This document shows positions 8,623 to 16,986 of a DNA stretch of 64,000 bases, piece by piece. The stretch lies in the IMG/VR virus record IMGVR_UViG_3300021478_000018, one strand, 5' to 3'. Position 1 is the first letter of the stretch. Each line of letters opens with the position of its first letter. A program made the translations under genes and the position numbers. The notes under the pieces are model-generated. The model was not told where the DNA came from. It saw only the letters and a list, made by a program, of their open reading frames with translations, and searched no databases. The stretch is from an uncultured virus (IMG/VR IMGVR_UViG_3300021478_000018) (Duplodnaviria; Heunggongvirae; Uroviricota; Caudoviricetes).

Positions 8623-9241
8623 TTTAACCGAAATTGGTATTGTTTTAGACCGGAGCGGGTCGATGGAGGAGATGGCGAAAGAGGCGATCGGCGGGATTAA
8701 CGCCTTCCTCGAATCCCAGTCTAAGCTTCCCGGCGAGGCCCGGCTTACCCTCGTCCTTTTCGATCACGAGTACCTCGTCGTCGAAGCGAGCCGCCCGATT
8801 AAGGAGGTCGCTCCGTTAACGGCGAAGACCTACGTTCCCCGGGGGACGACCGCCTTACGGGACGCGATCGGGAGGACGATTATGGATATCGGGGCGCGGC
8901 TCGACCGGACTCCCGAGGATTTTCGCCCGGGTAAGGTAATCGTCGCGATCCTTACCGACGGCCTAGAGAACGCTTCGAAAGAGTTTAGCGCCCGCCGGAT
9001 CCAGCTTATGATCAACCATCAGCGGGAGAAGTACGCCTGGGAGTTTATTTTCCTCGCCGCCAATCAGGACGCCGTCGTCGAAGGGGAGAAGCTCGGGATC
9101 TCCGCCGATTGCGCGGTTACCTACGCCGCGACTCCGGAAGGCGCGGCGAGAGCTTATAACGCGGTCGGGCTCGTCGTTTCGGCGGCCCGGGCGAACGCTC
9201 CCGACTTTAAGACCCACCTTAAGAAGGCCGCGAAAAAGTAA
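8612..9241 (+). CDS. von Willebrand factor A (vWA) domain protein
   Basis: MIDAS motif VLDRSGSM, then TALRDAIG and ILTDGLENAS. Confidence 0.9.
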   Translation: MKNDLTEIGIVLDRSGSMEEMAKEAIGGINAFLESQSKLPGEARLTLVLFDHEYLVVEASRPIKEVAPLTAKTYVPRGTTALRDAIGRTIMDIGARLDRTPEDFRPGKVIVAILTDGLENASKEFSARRIQLMINHQREKYAWEFIFLAANQDAVVEGEKLGISADCAVTYAATPEGAARAYNAVGLVVSAARANAPDFKTHLKKAAKK

Positions 9242-9325
9242 AGACTCCCCCCGGAGGGGCGTTGACCTAAGTAGGGGAAAGGACGTTCTTTTTAAGTCAA
9301 CGCTCCACCCTCTTCCTCCCCTTTT

Positions 9326-9577
9326 ATGAGCGACGACCTAACGAAAGAGGATTACGAGAAAACGTTCCGGTCTCAGTCCCGCCGGATCGAGATGCTCGAA
9401 TACGAGACGAATATTCTTCGGGCTCAGAATGTTCTTCTCCGGGATATCATCGTCGAGGCGCTCTCGGGGCGAAGATCTCCGACGATGACGGCGTTTACTT
9501 ACGACCCGGATTACGACCCGAAACCCGACGGACCCGATTACGAGGGAGAAGAGAGCGAGGAGGACGAACATCGTTAA
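9326..9577 (+). CDS. hypothetical coiled-coil/acidic protein
   Basis: 83-aa ORF. Confidence 0.6.
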   Translation: MSDDLTKEDYEKTFRSQSRRIEMLEYETNILRAQNVLLRDIIVEALSGRRSPTMTAFTYDPDYDPKPDGPDYEGEESEEDEHR

Positions 9578-9604
9578 CACCCCTTCTCACGAAATGTAGA
9601 AGGT

Positions 9605-9952
9605 ATGAACGAAGAAAAACCACTTAAAGAGACCCTCTGGTTCGTGGGGGAGAATTATAACGTCGCCTACGGTAAGAAGCCGGTTAAGAGCGATAAGGTT
9701 TACGTCGTCGAGATTCTCGCCGACGGAACGAACGAGGCCGGGACGAAGACGTTTTGGACCGTAAAGGCGAGCTGGGGGAGGCGCGGTAAAGCGTTCCAGT
9801 CCCAGATTAAACTCGAAAAGACCTCCTCCTACTACTTCGCGAAGTCGAAGTTCGAGGAGCTTCTCCGGGCGAAGCTCGATAAGGGGTATAAGAAGTGGGA
9901 GTTCGCGCCCGAAGTAGAAACGATGCATACGATTAGCGGATGGGACGAATAA
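9605..9952 (+). CDS. WGR-domain protein with C-terminal ETMH tag
   Basis: SDKVY...WGRRG...Q...F..L...K..KGY pattern; ends PEVETMHTISGWDE. Confidence 0.85.
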   Translation: MNEEKPLKETLWFVGENYNVAYGKKPVKSDKVYVVEILADGTNEAGTKTFWTVKASWGRRGKAFQSQIKLEKTSSYYFAKSKFEELLRAKLDKGYKKWEFAPEVETMHTISGWDE

Positions 9953-9953
9953 A

Positions 9954-10475
9954 ATGGAAAGGCCCGAAATTGAAGAGTGGATCGCCGTCGAGCGGGATTC
10001 CTGGAAAAGTATTATGAACGGAGTTCCGAGTGGGGCCTGGTTAATGCACGAGTTCCTTCTCCGGAACGGGAAACGGTTCGTCTCTCAGCCGAAGCCGCGA
10101 CGCTACAAGATGGGGGTTCCGAAAGCGTGTTTCGAGAATACCCGGGCCCTCGTTAGCCGGTCGCGGGGCCGACTCCGTTACGCCGAAGGGTACGTCGCGA
10201 GCGCCGAGCTTCCACTCTTAATCCTGCACGCCTGGGCGGTGGATTCCGAGGACCGGGTTATCGATACGACGCTCCAGGATATCCTTACTCGGGAAAGCCG
10301 GTCCGCCGAGGCGCAATATTTCGGGATCGTCTTTCCGAAGGAGATCTGGCCGAAATGGGGTGGGTTGAGCGTTCTCGATTCGGACCGGGGTTACCGGATC
10401 CCCTTATGGTTAACGGTCGATTCCGGTTTTCGGGAATTTCTTCCGGAGGGGTTCGCGCTTTCGCGAAATGTATAG
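9954..10475 (+). CDS. conserved phage protein, possible Cys-His-Asp (papain/transglutaminase-like) fold
   Basis: CFEN...YAEGY...HAW...IDTT...YFG motif order. Confidence 0.6.
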   Translation: MERPEIEEWIAVERDSWKSIMNGVPSGAWLMHEFLLRNGKRFVSQPKPRRYKMGVPKACFENTRALVSRSRGRLRYAEGYVASAELPLLILHAWAVDSEDRVIDTTLQDILTRESRSAEAQYFGIVFPKEIWPKWGGLSVLDSDRGYRIPLWLTVDSGFREFLPEGFALSRNV

Positions 10476-10478
10476 TTT

Positions 10479-10811
10479 ATGAAAAAAGAACCGCGAACGA
10501 AAAAGTTTCTTCGCTATATAATCGCCCATCCCGGGACGACGGCGGCGGGGATGATTAAGGCGTTAGGCTGCGTCCAATATTATCCGGTTTATATCTCGGC
10601 GGATAATCAGGCGAAAGCCGCCGCCGAGCGAGCCGCGCTCGGTCTTAAACCGAGTAAGCCCCGGGTCGACGGACGTTCGACTTTCGAGACGGTTAAGACG
10701 CTCGTTAAGAAGGGTCTCGTCCGGAAGGCGAAAGAGGGGACGAAAGTCCGCCTTTATCCGATCGTCCCGAACCTCGAAACGATGCACGAAATTTCCGGCT
10801 ACGACGCTTAA
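10479..10811 (+). CDS. winged-helix-like protein with C-terminal ETMH tag
   Basis: FLRYIIAHPGTTAAGMIKALG...VKTLVKKGLVRK...VRLYP; ends PNLETMHEISGYDA. Confidence 0.7.
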   Translation: MKKEPRTKKFLRYIIAHPGTTAAGMIKALGCVQYYPVYISADNQAKAAAERAALGLKPSKPRVDGRSTFETVKTLVKKGLVRKAKEGTKVRLYPIVPNLETMHEISGYDA

Positions 10812-10822
10812 GCCCGGGCCGT

Positions 10823-11863
10823 ATGACCTATCGGAGGAGGCCTAGGAGCCTCCGGGCCGCGTTTAAAACCGAGTCCGCGTTAGAGACGGGGACTCGGATT
10901 AAAAAGCCTCTTAAACCGGCTCGGAGCGAGCCGGAGACCGATTTCGCTCTTCTTAAAGAAATGCACACTTTAGCCGCTTCCGTCCCTACAGTACCCGAGA
11001 CCGAGACCGAGATCGAGATCGATCCGAGGATTAAACTAACCCGACGGCTTTTAATCGGGGCGGCGATTTTCGCCGGATTACTCGTAATCGGTTACCTCGT
11101 TCTAATCGGGACTTCTTACGGGCACCGGCTCGATAACGCCGCCTTTACGGGCCGGTTATCCCTTTCCCGGGGGTTAGCGAACGCTTTTAGGAACCTTTTA
11201 GAGATCGTTAATAAGAAGGGTCTCTTAATCGCTTCCGTCCTCTTACTCGGGATCGCGGCTTACCGCCGGGTTATCGAGGTCGGAATTATCGCGGTAATCG
11301 CTTTCGGAAGTTCGATCGTCGGAGCGGAACTTTTAAAACATGAACTCCCTCGGAACGCTCTCGTCCCCGGGGACTCCTGGATAAATAAAGCGCTCTGGGA
11401 TAATTCGTACCCGAGCGGGCATACCACCGTCGCCGCTTCGCTCGTTCTCGCTTTTCTCCTCGTCTCTCCGGCCCGGTTCCGGCCTTTCCTCGTCGTCGGG
11501 GGCGGCCTCTTAAGCGCCGCCTTCGCGACCGGGGTCCTCGCGGCGGGCTGGCATAGGCCCTCGGACGCTCTCGGGGCGCTGGCCTGGTCTGGATTTTGTA
11601 TGTCGGTCGCGGCGGCGGTCTCGATCCGGTTCCGGGGCCGGTTACTCTCGGAGCCGAGCCGCTATAACCTCGGCTCGGTCGGGCTCTTCGTCGCCGTCGC
11701 GACGACCTTCCTCCTCGCCCTCGTAAGCGCGAGAGCGATTAACTACGTCGGGATGGATTGGGTCTTCTTCGTTCTAACCGGAACGATCGCCGCCTTCTCC
11801 TTCGCGCTAATCGGCTGGTATGGGTTAACCCTCTCGGGCGTCGAATTTAATAGGAATGACTGA
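10823..11863 (+). CDS. PAP2-family membrane phosphatase
   Basis: KHELPR, SYPSGH and HRPSD motifs with several TM helices; true start may be the ATG at 10961. Confidence 0.85.
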   Translation: MTYRRRPRSLRAAFKTESALETGTRIKKPLKPARSEPETDFALLKEMHTLAASVPTVPETETEIEIDPRIKLTRRLLIGAAIFAGLLVIGYLVLIGTSYGHRLDNAAFTGRLSLSRGLANAFRNLLEIVNKKGLLIASVLLLGIAAYRRVIEVGIIAVIAFGSSIVGAELLKHELPRNALVPGDSWINKALWDNSYPSGHTTVAASLVLAFLLVSPARFRPFLVVGGGLLSAAFATGVLAAGWHRPSDALGALAWSGFCMSVAAAVSIRFRGRLLSEPSRYNLGSVGLFVAVATTFLLALVSARAINYVGMDWVFFVLTGTIAAFSFALIGWYGLTLSGVEFNRND

Positions 11864-12137
11864 ACTCGATATTGCTTACTGGGAGCGGAACCGGCTCGTC
11901 CGGTTCCTCGCTTCCCTTTATCCCTCCGGGACGAGGCGAACGGCGATTCTCGGCTGGGAGCCGGAGTGGTGTAACTGCGTTTACATCGATACCCCGGAAG
12001 GACAGCTCAGCTGGCATTATCACGACCGGGAAGCCGGGACCTTCGCCGATCTTCCGCGCTACGAAAAAGAGTGGGACGGGCATACCACGGAGGAGAAGTA
12101 TAACCGGCTCGCCCGGCTCGGCTGGCGAAATGGGTAA
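11856..12137 (+). CDS. conserved phage hypothetical protein
   Basis: YIDTPEGQLSWHY...WDGHT motif. Confidence 0.75.
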   Translation: MTELDIAYWERNRLVRFLASLYPSGTRRTAILGWEPEWCNCVYIDTPEGQLSWHYHDREAGTFADLPRYEKEWDGHTTEEKYNRLARLGWRNG

Positions 12138-12141
12138 CGGT

Positions 12142-12285
12142 ATGGAGAATCATTACATCTTAGAAGTAAGCGAGAAGGAATTTTCGAAAATCTTAAACGC
12201 TCTCCGGCTCGCCGGAGCGCTCGAATTAGTCGCCTCGTTAACGAACCGGGCCGAGAAGGATAAGGGCGATAACGATGAAAACTGA
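12142..12285 (+). CDS. small hypothetical protein
   Basis: MENHYILEV... after a CGAAATGG variant element; overlaps the next start. Confidence 0.45.
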   Translation: MENHYILEVSEKEFSKILNALRLAGALELVASLTNRAEKDKGDNDEN

Positions 12286-13771
12286 AACCGTTGCCGCTGA
12301 GCCGACCGATTTAAAGCGGAGAACGACCCGGGGAGCCTTCTCCTCCCTCGCCGGGCAAGGGCTTTCTTTCGTCCTCCGATTAGGTTCGCTCGTTATTTTA
12401 GCCCGCCTCTTAAGCCCGAGAGATTTCGGTCTCGTGGGAATGGCGACGGCGATTACCGGGATCCTCGTCTTATTCCAGGACGCCGGTCTTTCCAACGCCG
12501 CGATCCAGAGCGCCTCGATTACCCGGGAGCAAACGTCGACGTTGTTTTGGATTAACGTCGCGGTCGGTTTCGTTCTCGCTTCGCTCGTCGTAATCGCCGC
12601 CCCGTTTCTCGCGACTTTTTACCGGGAACCCCGGGTCGCGCCGGTCGCTTACGCCCTCGCCTCGACCTTTCTTTTCTTCGGGGCCTCGGCGCAGCATCGG
12701 GCAATGCTAGTCCGGAATATGAAGATCTCGACCCTCGCGATCGCCGATTTAATCGGGAGCGGGATTAGCGTCTCGATCGCGATTACTTTAGCGCTTCTCG
12801 GAGCGGGATACTGGGCGCTCGTCGGTTTAGCGGTCGTCCCGCCGCTCTTTAACCTAATCGCCGTCCTCTTCCTCGGGCGCTGGTTACCGGGGCTTCCGAG
12901 CCGGACGGCGGGAATCGGAAAAATGATAAAATACGGGGGGACCCTAATGCTCGATAGCGCGGTAATGTACTTCGCTTACAATACCGATAAGATCCTTCTC
13001 GGACGGTTCCTCGGAGCGGAAGCGCTCGGCCTTTACGGTCGCGCTTACCAGCTGGTTAATATCCCGACCGCGACCCTTTCCTCGGTTCTCGGGTCGACCC
13101 TCTTCCCGGTCCTTTCCCGGCTTCAGGGGGAGCCGGAGCGGCTTCGGAACTATTTCCTAAAGAGTTATACTTTATTCCTAAGCCTGGCTACCCCGGTAAC
13201 GGTCGCTTGCGGTCTCTTCGGGGAAGATATTATCCGGGTCTTTCTCGGGCCGAAGTGGATCGAGGCCGCGCCGATCTTCCGGCTTCTCGCCCCGACGATT
13301 CTCGCCTTCGCTCTTATTAATCCGACCGGTCTTTTACTCTACGCTCTCGGGCGCGTAATCCAGGGGCTCTATATCGGGCTAATGATCGCCCCGGTCGTTA
13401 TCGCCGGGTACGCTTTCGGGCTTAGTTACGGGCCGGAAGGGGTCGCGGGAGGGTTTTCCGGGGCGATGCTCCTCCTAATCGTTCCCTCGATCCTCTGGGG
13501 CGTAAAAGGGACTCCGGTAAGTTCGAAGGACGTTTTCCGGGCGATCTTTCCGCCGCTTAGTTCGGTCGTTATCGCCGGGGTTCTCGCCGGACTCGTCGCG
13601 ATCCCGGCTTCCCGGATCGAGGTTCCCTTCTTTCGGCTCGTCGTCGAGAACGCCGTTCTCTTCGGAGCGCACGGGGCTCTTCTCTACTTCGTTTTAGGGC
13701 AGAAAGCCCTCTACCTTAGCGTCTTCTCCGGGCTCGGCTTAAAGTTCCGGCGGCGGGCGTCGGCGGTCTAA
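12275..13771 (+). CDS. wzx: Wzx-type polysaccharide flippase (WzxC-like)
   Basis: LARLLSPRDFGLVGMA, DKILLGRFLGAEALGLYGRAY, many TM helices. Confidence 0.9.
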   Translation: MKTETVAAEPTDLKRRTTRGAFSSLAGQGLSFVLRLGSLVILARLLSPRDFGLVGMATAITGILVLFQDAGLSNAAIQSASITREQTSTLFWINVAVGFVLASLVVIAAPFLATFYREPRVAPVAYALASTFLFFGASAQHRAMLVRNMKISTLAIADLIGSGISVSIAITLALLGAGYWALVGLAVVPPLFNLIAVLFLGRWLPGLPSRTAGIGKMIKYGGTLMLDSAVMYFAYNTDKILLGRFLGAEALGLYGRAYQLVNIPTATLSSVLGSTLFPVLSRLQGEPERLRNYFLKSYTLFLSLATPVTVACGLFGEDIIRVFLGPKWIEAAPIFRLLAPTILAFALINPTGLLLYALGRVIQGLYIGLMIAPVVIAGYAFGLSYGPEGVAGGFSGAMLLLIVPSILWGVKGTPVSSKDVFRAIFPPLSSVVIAGVLAGLVAIPASRIEVPFFRLVVENAVLFGAHGALLYFVLGQKALYLSVFSGLGLKFRRRASAV

Positions 13772-13775
13772 CGAT

Positions 13776-13976
13776 ATGACGAAAGAATTAGCTAATAAAA
13801 TCGAGGCTTTCTTAAAAGAGAAGCTCGAACCGGAGCACGGCTACATTTTAATCTTCGGCGAAATAGCGACGTCGAATACCGGGATTATTAGTAACTATTC
13901 CGGGGAAAAGGTCGTTAAGATCCTAAAGACCTTTTCCGACGTTCCCTATATTCCCGGGGATCCCGATTTAAACTAA
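13776..13976 (+). CDS. hypothetical protein
   Basis: 66-aa ORF convergent on the collagen-like gene. Confidence 0.55.
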   Translation: MTKELANKIEAFLKEKLEPEHGYILIFGEIATSNTGIISNYSGEKVVKILKTFSDVPYIPGDPDLN

Positions 13977-15028
13977 GCGCGGTTAGCGGGTTCGGCGGTC
14001 GGACCGAGATCGGCGATTAAAGCGTAACTTACGAGTCCCGGCCAGTTCGCGTCGTTTTCCCCGATAATCGAAATAAGGGGATTCCCGGCGTATTGTCGGG
14101 CCAGGATACTAACCGAGGGCGTCGTTCCCGAAACTACCCTCCAAAAGATTAAGGAGGCCCCGTTACAACTCGCATCGTCTTTCTTATCGACGACGACGTG
14201 AAGGGTGCGGTGGAAGGCGTCCTGATCGTCCGGAGACCAATCGATTAGCGCCATCTCCCCGGTATTGGCCGTCCAGGCGAGATGGGTGGAGAGGGCGATC
14301 TGGAGGAGGGTATTCCCGGGCCGGGGCGGGAGAGGGAAGGTCGTCGGCGGTAAAATGGTATACCAGGTATTAAGATTCGCGAGCGAAGTATAAGGAAGAG
14401 AGACGACGAGTGGCTCGGAAGGGAGCCCCGCTAACTTCGAATAATCCGGGACTGGAACGTAGAGAAGAGAATCGTTCCCTAAAGTCGCCGTATTCCCGGC
14501 GTCGGCGCTAACTAAGGTCGGGCCCGGGATGCCCTGGGGGCCTTCGGAGCCGACTGGCCCCTGAGGTCCGGGAGGTCCCGCCGGACCGAGTTTACCTTCG
14601 GGACCGACGGAGCCGGATGGGCCCTGAGACCCTTGGGACCCCTGATCGCCGGGGTCCCCTTTATCGCCTTTCGGCCCGGGAACGGTACTATCCGCTCCGG
14701 GATCCCCTTTCGGCCCGGGAACGGTACTATCCGCTCCGGGATCCCCTTTCGGTCCGGGATCTCCGGGATCGCCTTTCGGGCCGGGAACGGTACTATCCGC
14801 GCCGGGATCTCCTTTATCGCCCTTCGGCCCGACTTCTCCGACCGGGCCCGCCGGGCCGGGATCGCCCGGATCGCCTTTCGGTCCGGGCTCGCCGGGCTCG
14901 CCGTCTTTACCGGGATCGCCTTTAGCGCCTTCCGGTCCCGGAGGGCCCTTCGGTCCTCCTTGTAAGACGGAAGTTGGAATGTAGAAACCACCCTCGACGT
15001 TTAGGACGCGGATGTAGTCTTCGTTCAC
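13973..15028 (-). CDS. collagen-like (Gly-X-Y) fibre protein
   Basis: Long GPKGDPG repeat tract with ADSTVP interruptions, then a C-terminal globular domain. Confidence 0.85.
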   Translation of the reverse strand: MNEDYIRVLNVEGGFYIPTSVLQGGPKGPPGPEGAKGDPGKDGEPGEPGPKGDPGDPGPAGPVGEVGPKGDKGDPGADSTVPGPKGDPGDPGPKGDPGADSTVPGPKGDPGADSTVPGPKGDKGDPGDQGSQGSQGPSGSVGPEGKLGPAGPPGPQGPVGSEGPQGIPGPTLVSADAGNTATLGNDSLLYVPVPDYSKLAGLPSEPLVVSLPYTSLANLNTWYTILPPTTFPLPPRPGNTLLQIALSTHLAWTANTGEMALIDWSPDDQDAFHRTLHVVVDKKDDASCNGASLIFWRVVSGTTPSVSILARQYAGNPLISIIGENDANWPGLVSYALIADLGPTAEPANRA

Positions 15029-15059
15029 GCCCCTTAATTACTTCCTTCGAGCGATAAAT

Positions 15060-16889
15060 TTAGCCGTACGGGGCGGCTCGTTCGAGAATGACCTGCCGGG
15101 TATTATCGGTAATCGTAAAGACCCCGTTCGCGCTACTCGGTAAACTCGCGACGGTTCCGGCGGGGAGCGAGGAGACGGTAAAGGGGGCGGTCGTACTAAA
15201 GCCGAAGGCGTCGATAAAGTTCGATCCGTAGGTCGTCCCGAGCGGGAAGGAGTCGGCGATAAGCGTGTACTGATTAATGCCGGTCTGAATCCCGGCGTAG
15301 ACGACGAAGGAGATCCCGTTCGCGCTCGTCGGAAGCGGGATCTCGAAAAAGCCGGTCGGGCTATCGGGGGTCTGGGCGACGAAGGCGTAGGTCGCGGTTA
15401 TCCCGGTAAAGTTTCCGGGAGCGCCGATGAGCTGATAGACGAGGATTGTATTATAGGTCGAGTTCGCGGCGGCTCGCCAGTTATAGTTCCGGATCGCGAA
15501 CGAGCCGACCGAGAGAAAGATCCGTCCGACGGCCCGGGCCGAGTAGGTCGCGACGCCCGCGATATTCTCCGGGATATTGGCGTTCCCGGAGAGGTTATTA
15601 ATCGTAATCGTCCCCGTTCCCGCGATCGCTCCGGTCGTCTTTAGAAGCGCCGAATCGGGCCCGTAATTTACCACTAGGCCGACCGGATCGAAAACGCCCC
15701 GGCGGACGATTAGGTTCCCGCCGGTATTCGGCGGGAAAGCGGCGACCGCCGCGTCGAGCGAGAGATAGTTTAAGCTATCGTCGTAAAGGTTATTTCCGTA
15801 GGTCGCGACCGAGTAAGAGGCCTCGTAAAGGGTCGTCTCGGTAATCGGAGCCGAAAGGGTTCCGGCGGAGAGCCAGGAGACCTTTAGGAAGTCGTAGGTC
15901 GTAATCGAGCCCGCCGGGGCTCCGGCGTTTAAGCCGACCCGTCCGTCCCAGTTATAGATAAAGAGCCGGTTCTTCGCCGGAGAGACGAAGTTATCCTGGA
16001 TCGCGAGGTAAGTCTGCTGCGGATTGGGGGCGTCGATATAAGCCGAGGTCCCGTCGAGGATCGGGAGATTCGTTACGACGGAGACCGGATGCCCCGAGCC
16101 GGGGGTAACCGGGAGTTCCTTCGTATAAGCCGTTCCGATTAGGGTATACGACGGGTCGAGCTGGAGAACGGTCGGGTTAACCGGGACGACCCGGCTATAG
16201 GAGACCGTCCCGGAGCCGGAAGCGGGGGTAACGCTCGAATAGGCGATCGACCAGAGGAAGGTCTCTTCCGAGTTATAGGCGGTTACGACGCTTGTATAAT
16301 CGATTGTATTCCCGGCGAGGTAGGGTTTCCCGTCGATCGGGTAGCTTTTAAGAAGGGTAGCGTGCTTCGGATTGCTCGGGATCCCGCCGTCGAGGAGGTA
16401 AAGGTTGTAGGTAAGGTTTTCGGTCGGGCCGATCGAGGCGGCGACCTTTATCGTCCAGACCGCCGGAGTCGACGAGCAGATCAGCCCCGCCGTCGCCGCC
16501 GTCGCCGCCGCCGAAAGCGCTTTCGCGTCGGCGTCCGGCTGAGATATGATCGAAGTGTAGGTTGCGCTCGCGGTTACCGAGGAGCCGATCTCCCCCGAGG
16601 GGCAGACCGCCGTATACGACTTATTTCCCGTATAGAAGCCCGCGACGGTAACCGACGTCGACGCGACGGTCGCGGTAACACCATCGGAAACGGAAATCTG
16701 AAAAGAATAAACGCCCGGTACCGGGCAAGTAATGTTCGGCTGGGGGGCGAAAATATTCGAGATCGAGGCCGGAGCGGGGCCGCCGGTCTGCGTCCACATA
16801 TACGAGAGCGGGGTTCCGGGGAAGTTATCGGGGTCCGTCGCGATGACGTTGATAGCAAAAGGGTTCCCGGCATAAATGGTTCCCGCCAT
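15060..16889 (-). CDS. baseplate/tail appendage protein: PKD-like domain, Cys-paired module, beta-rich domains
   Basis: DPD...LSYMWTQTGGP...GVYSFQISVSDG; YTAVCPSG...ISQPDADAKA...LIC. Confidence 0.75.
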   Translation of the reverse strand: MAGTIYAGNPFAINVIATDPDNFPGTPLSYMWTQTGGPAPASISNIFAPQPNITCPVPGVYSFQISVSDGVTATVASTSVTVAGFYTGNKSYTAVCPSGEIGSSVTASATYTSIISQPDADAKALSAAATAATAGLICSSTPAVWTIKVAASIGPTENLTYNLYLLDGGIPSNPKHATLLKSYPIDGKPYLAGNTIDYTSVVTAYNSEETFLWSIAYSSVTPASGSGTVSYSRVVPVNPTVLQLDPSYTLIGTAYTKELPVTPGSGHPVSVVTNLPILDGTSAYIDAPNPQQTYLAIQDNFVSPAKNRLFIYNWDGRVGLNAGAPAGSITTYDFLKVSWLSAGTLSAPITETTLYEASYSVATYGNNLYDDSLNYLSLDAAVAAFPPNTGGNLIVRRGVFDPVGLVVNYGPDSALLKTTGAIAGTGTITINNLSGNANIPENIAGVATYSARAVGRIFLSVGSFAIRNYNWRAAANSTYNTILVYQLIGAPGNFTGITATYAFVAQTPDSPTGFFEIPLPTSANGISFVVYAGIQTGINQYTLIADSFPLGTTYGSNFIDAFGFSTTAPFTVSSLPAGTVASLPSSANGVFTITDNTRQVILERAAPYG

Positions 16890-16986
16890 AGGCCCGATAA
16901 CTACTTAGAATCGTCGCTCTATAACTCGCTAATCGCGATCCGCCAAAATACCCAGATCCAGAACAAGAAGAAAATCGAAAGAAGGA

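Noticed and set aside
10955..10985. KEMHTLAAS in the PAP2 ORF as another tag copy
   Set aside because: It lacks the ISGWD half; the Met is probably just the true start codon.
14540..14960. Tandem DNA repeats as a non-coding repeat element
   Set aside because: They are explained by the collagen Gly-X-Y coding repeats; the same applies to 58150-59260 and the PT linkers at 55580-55670.
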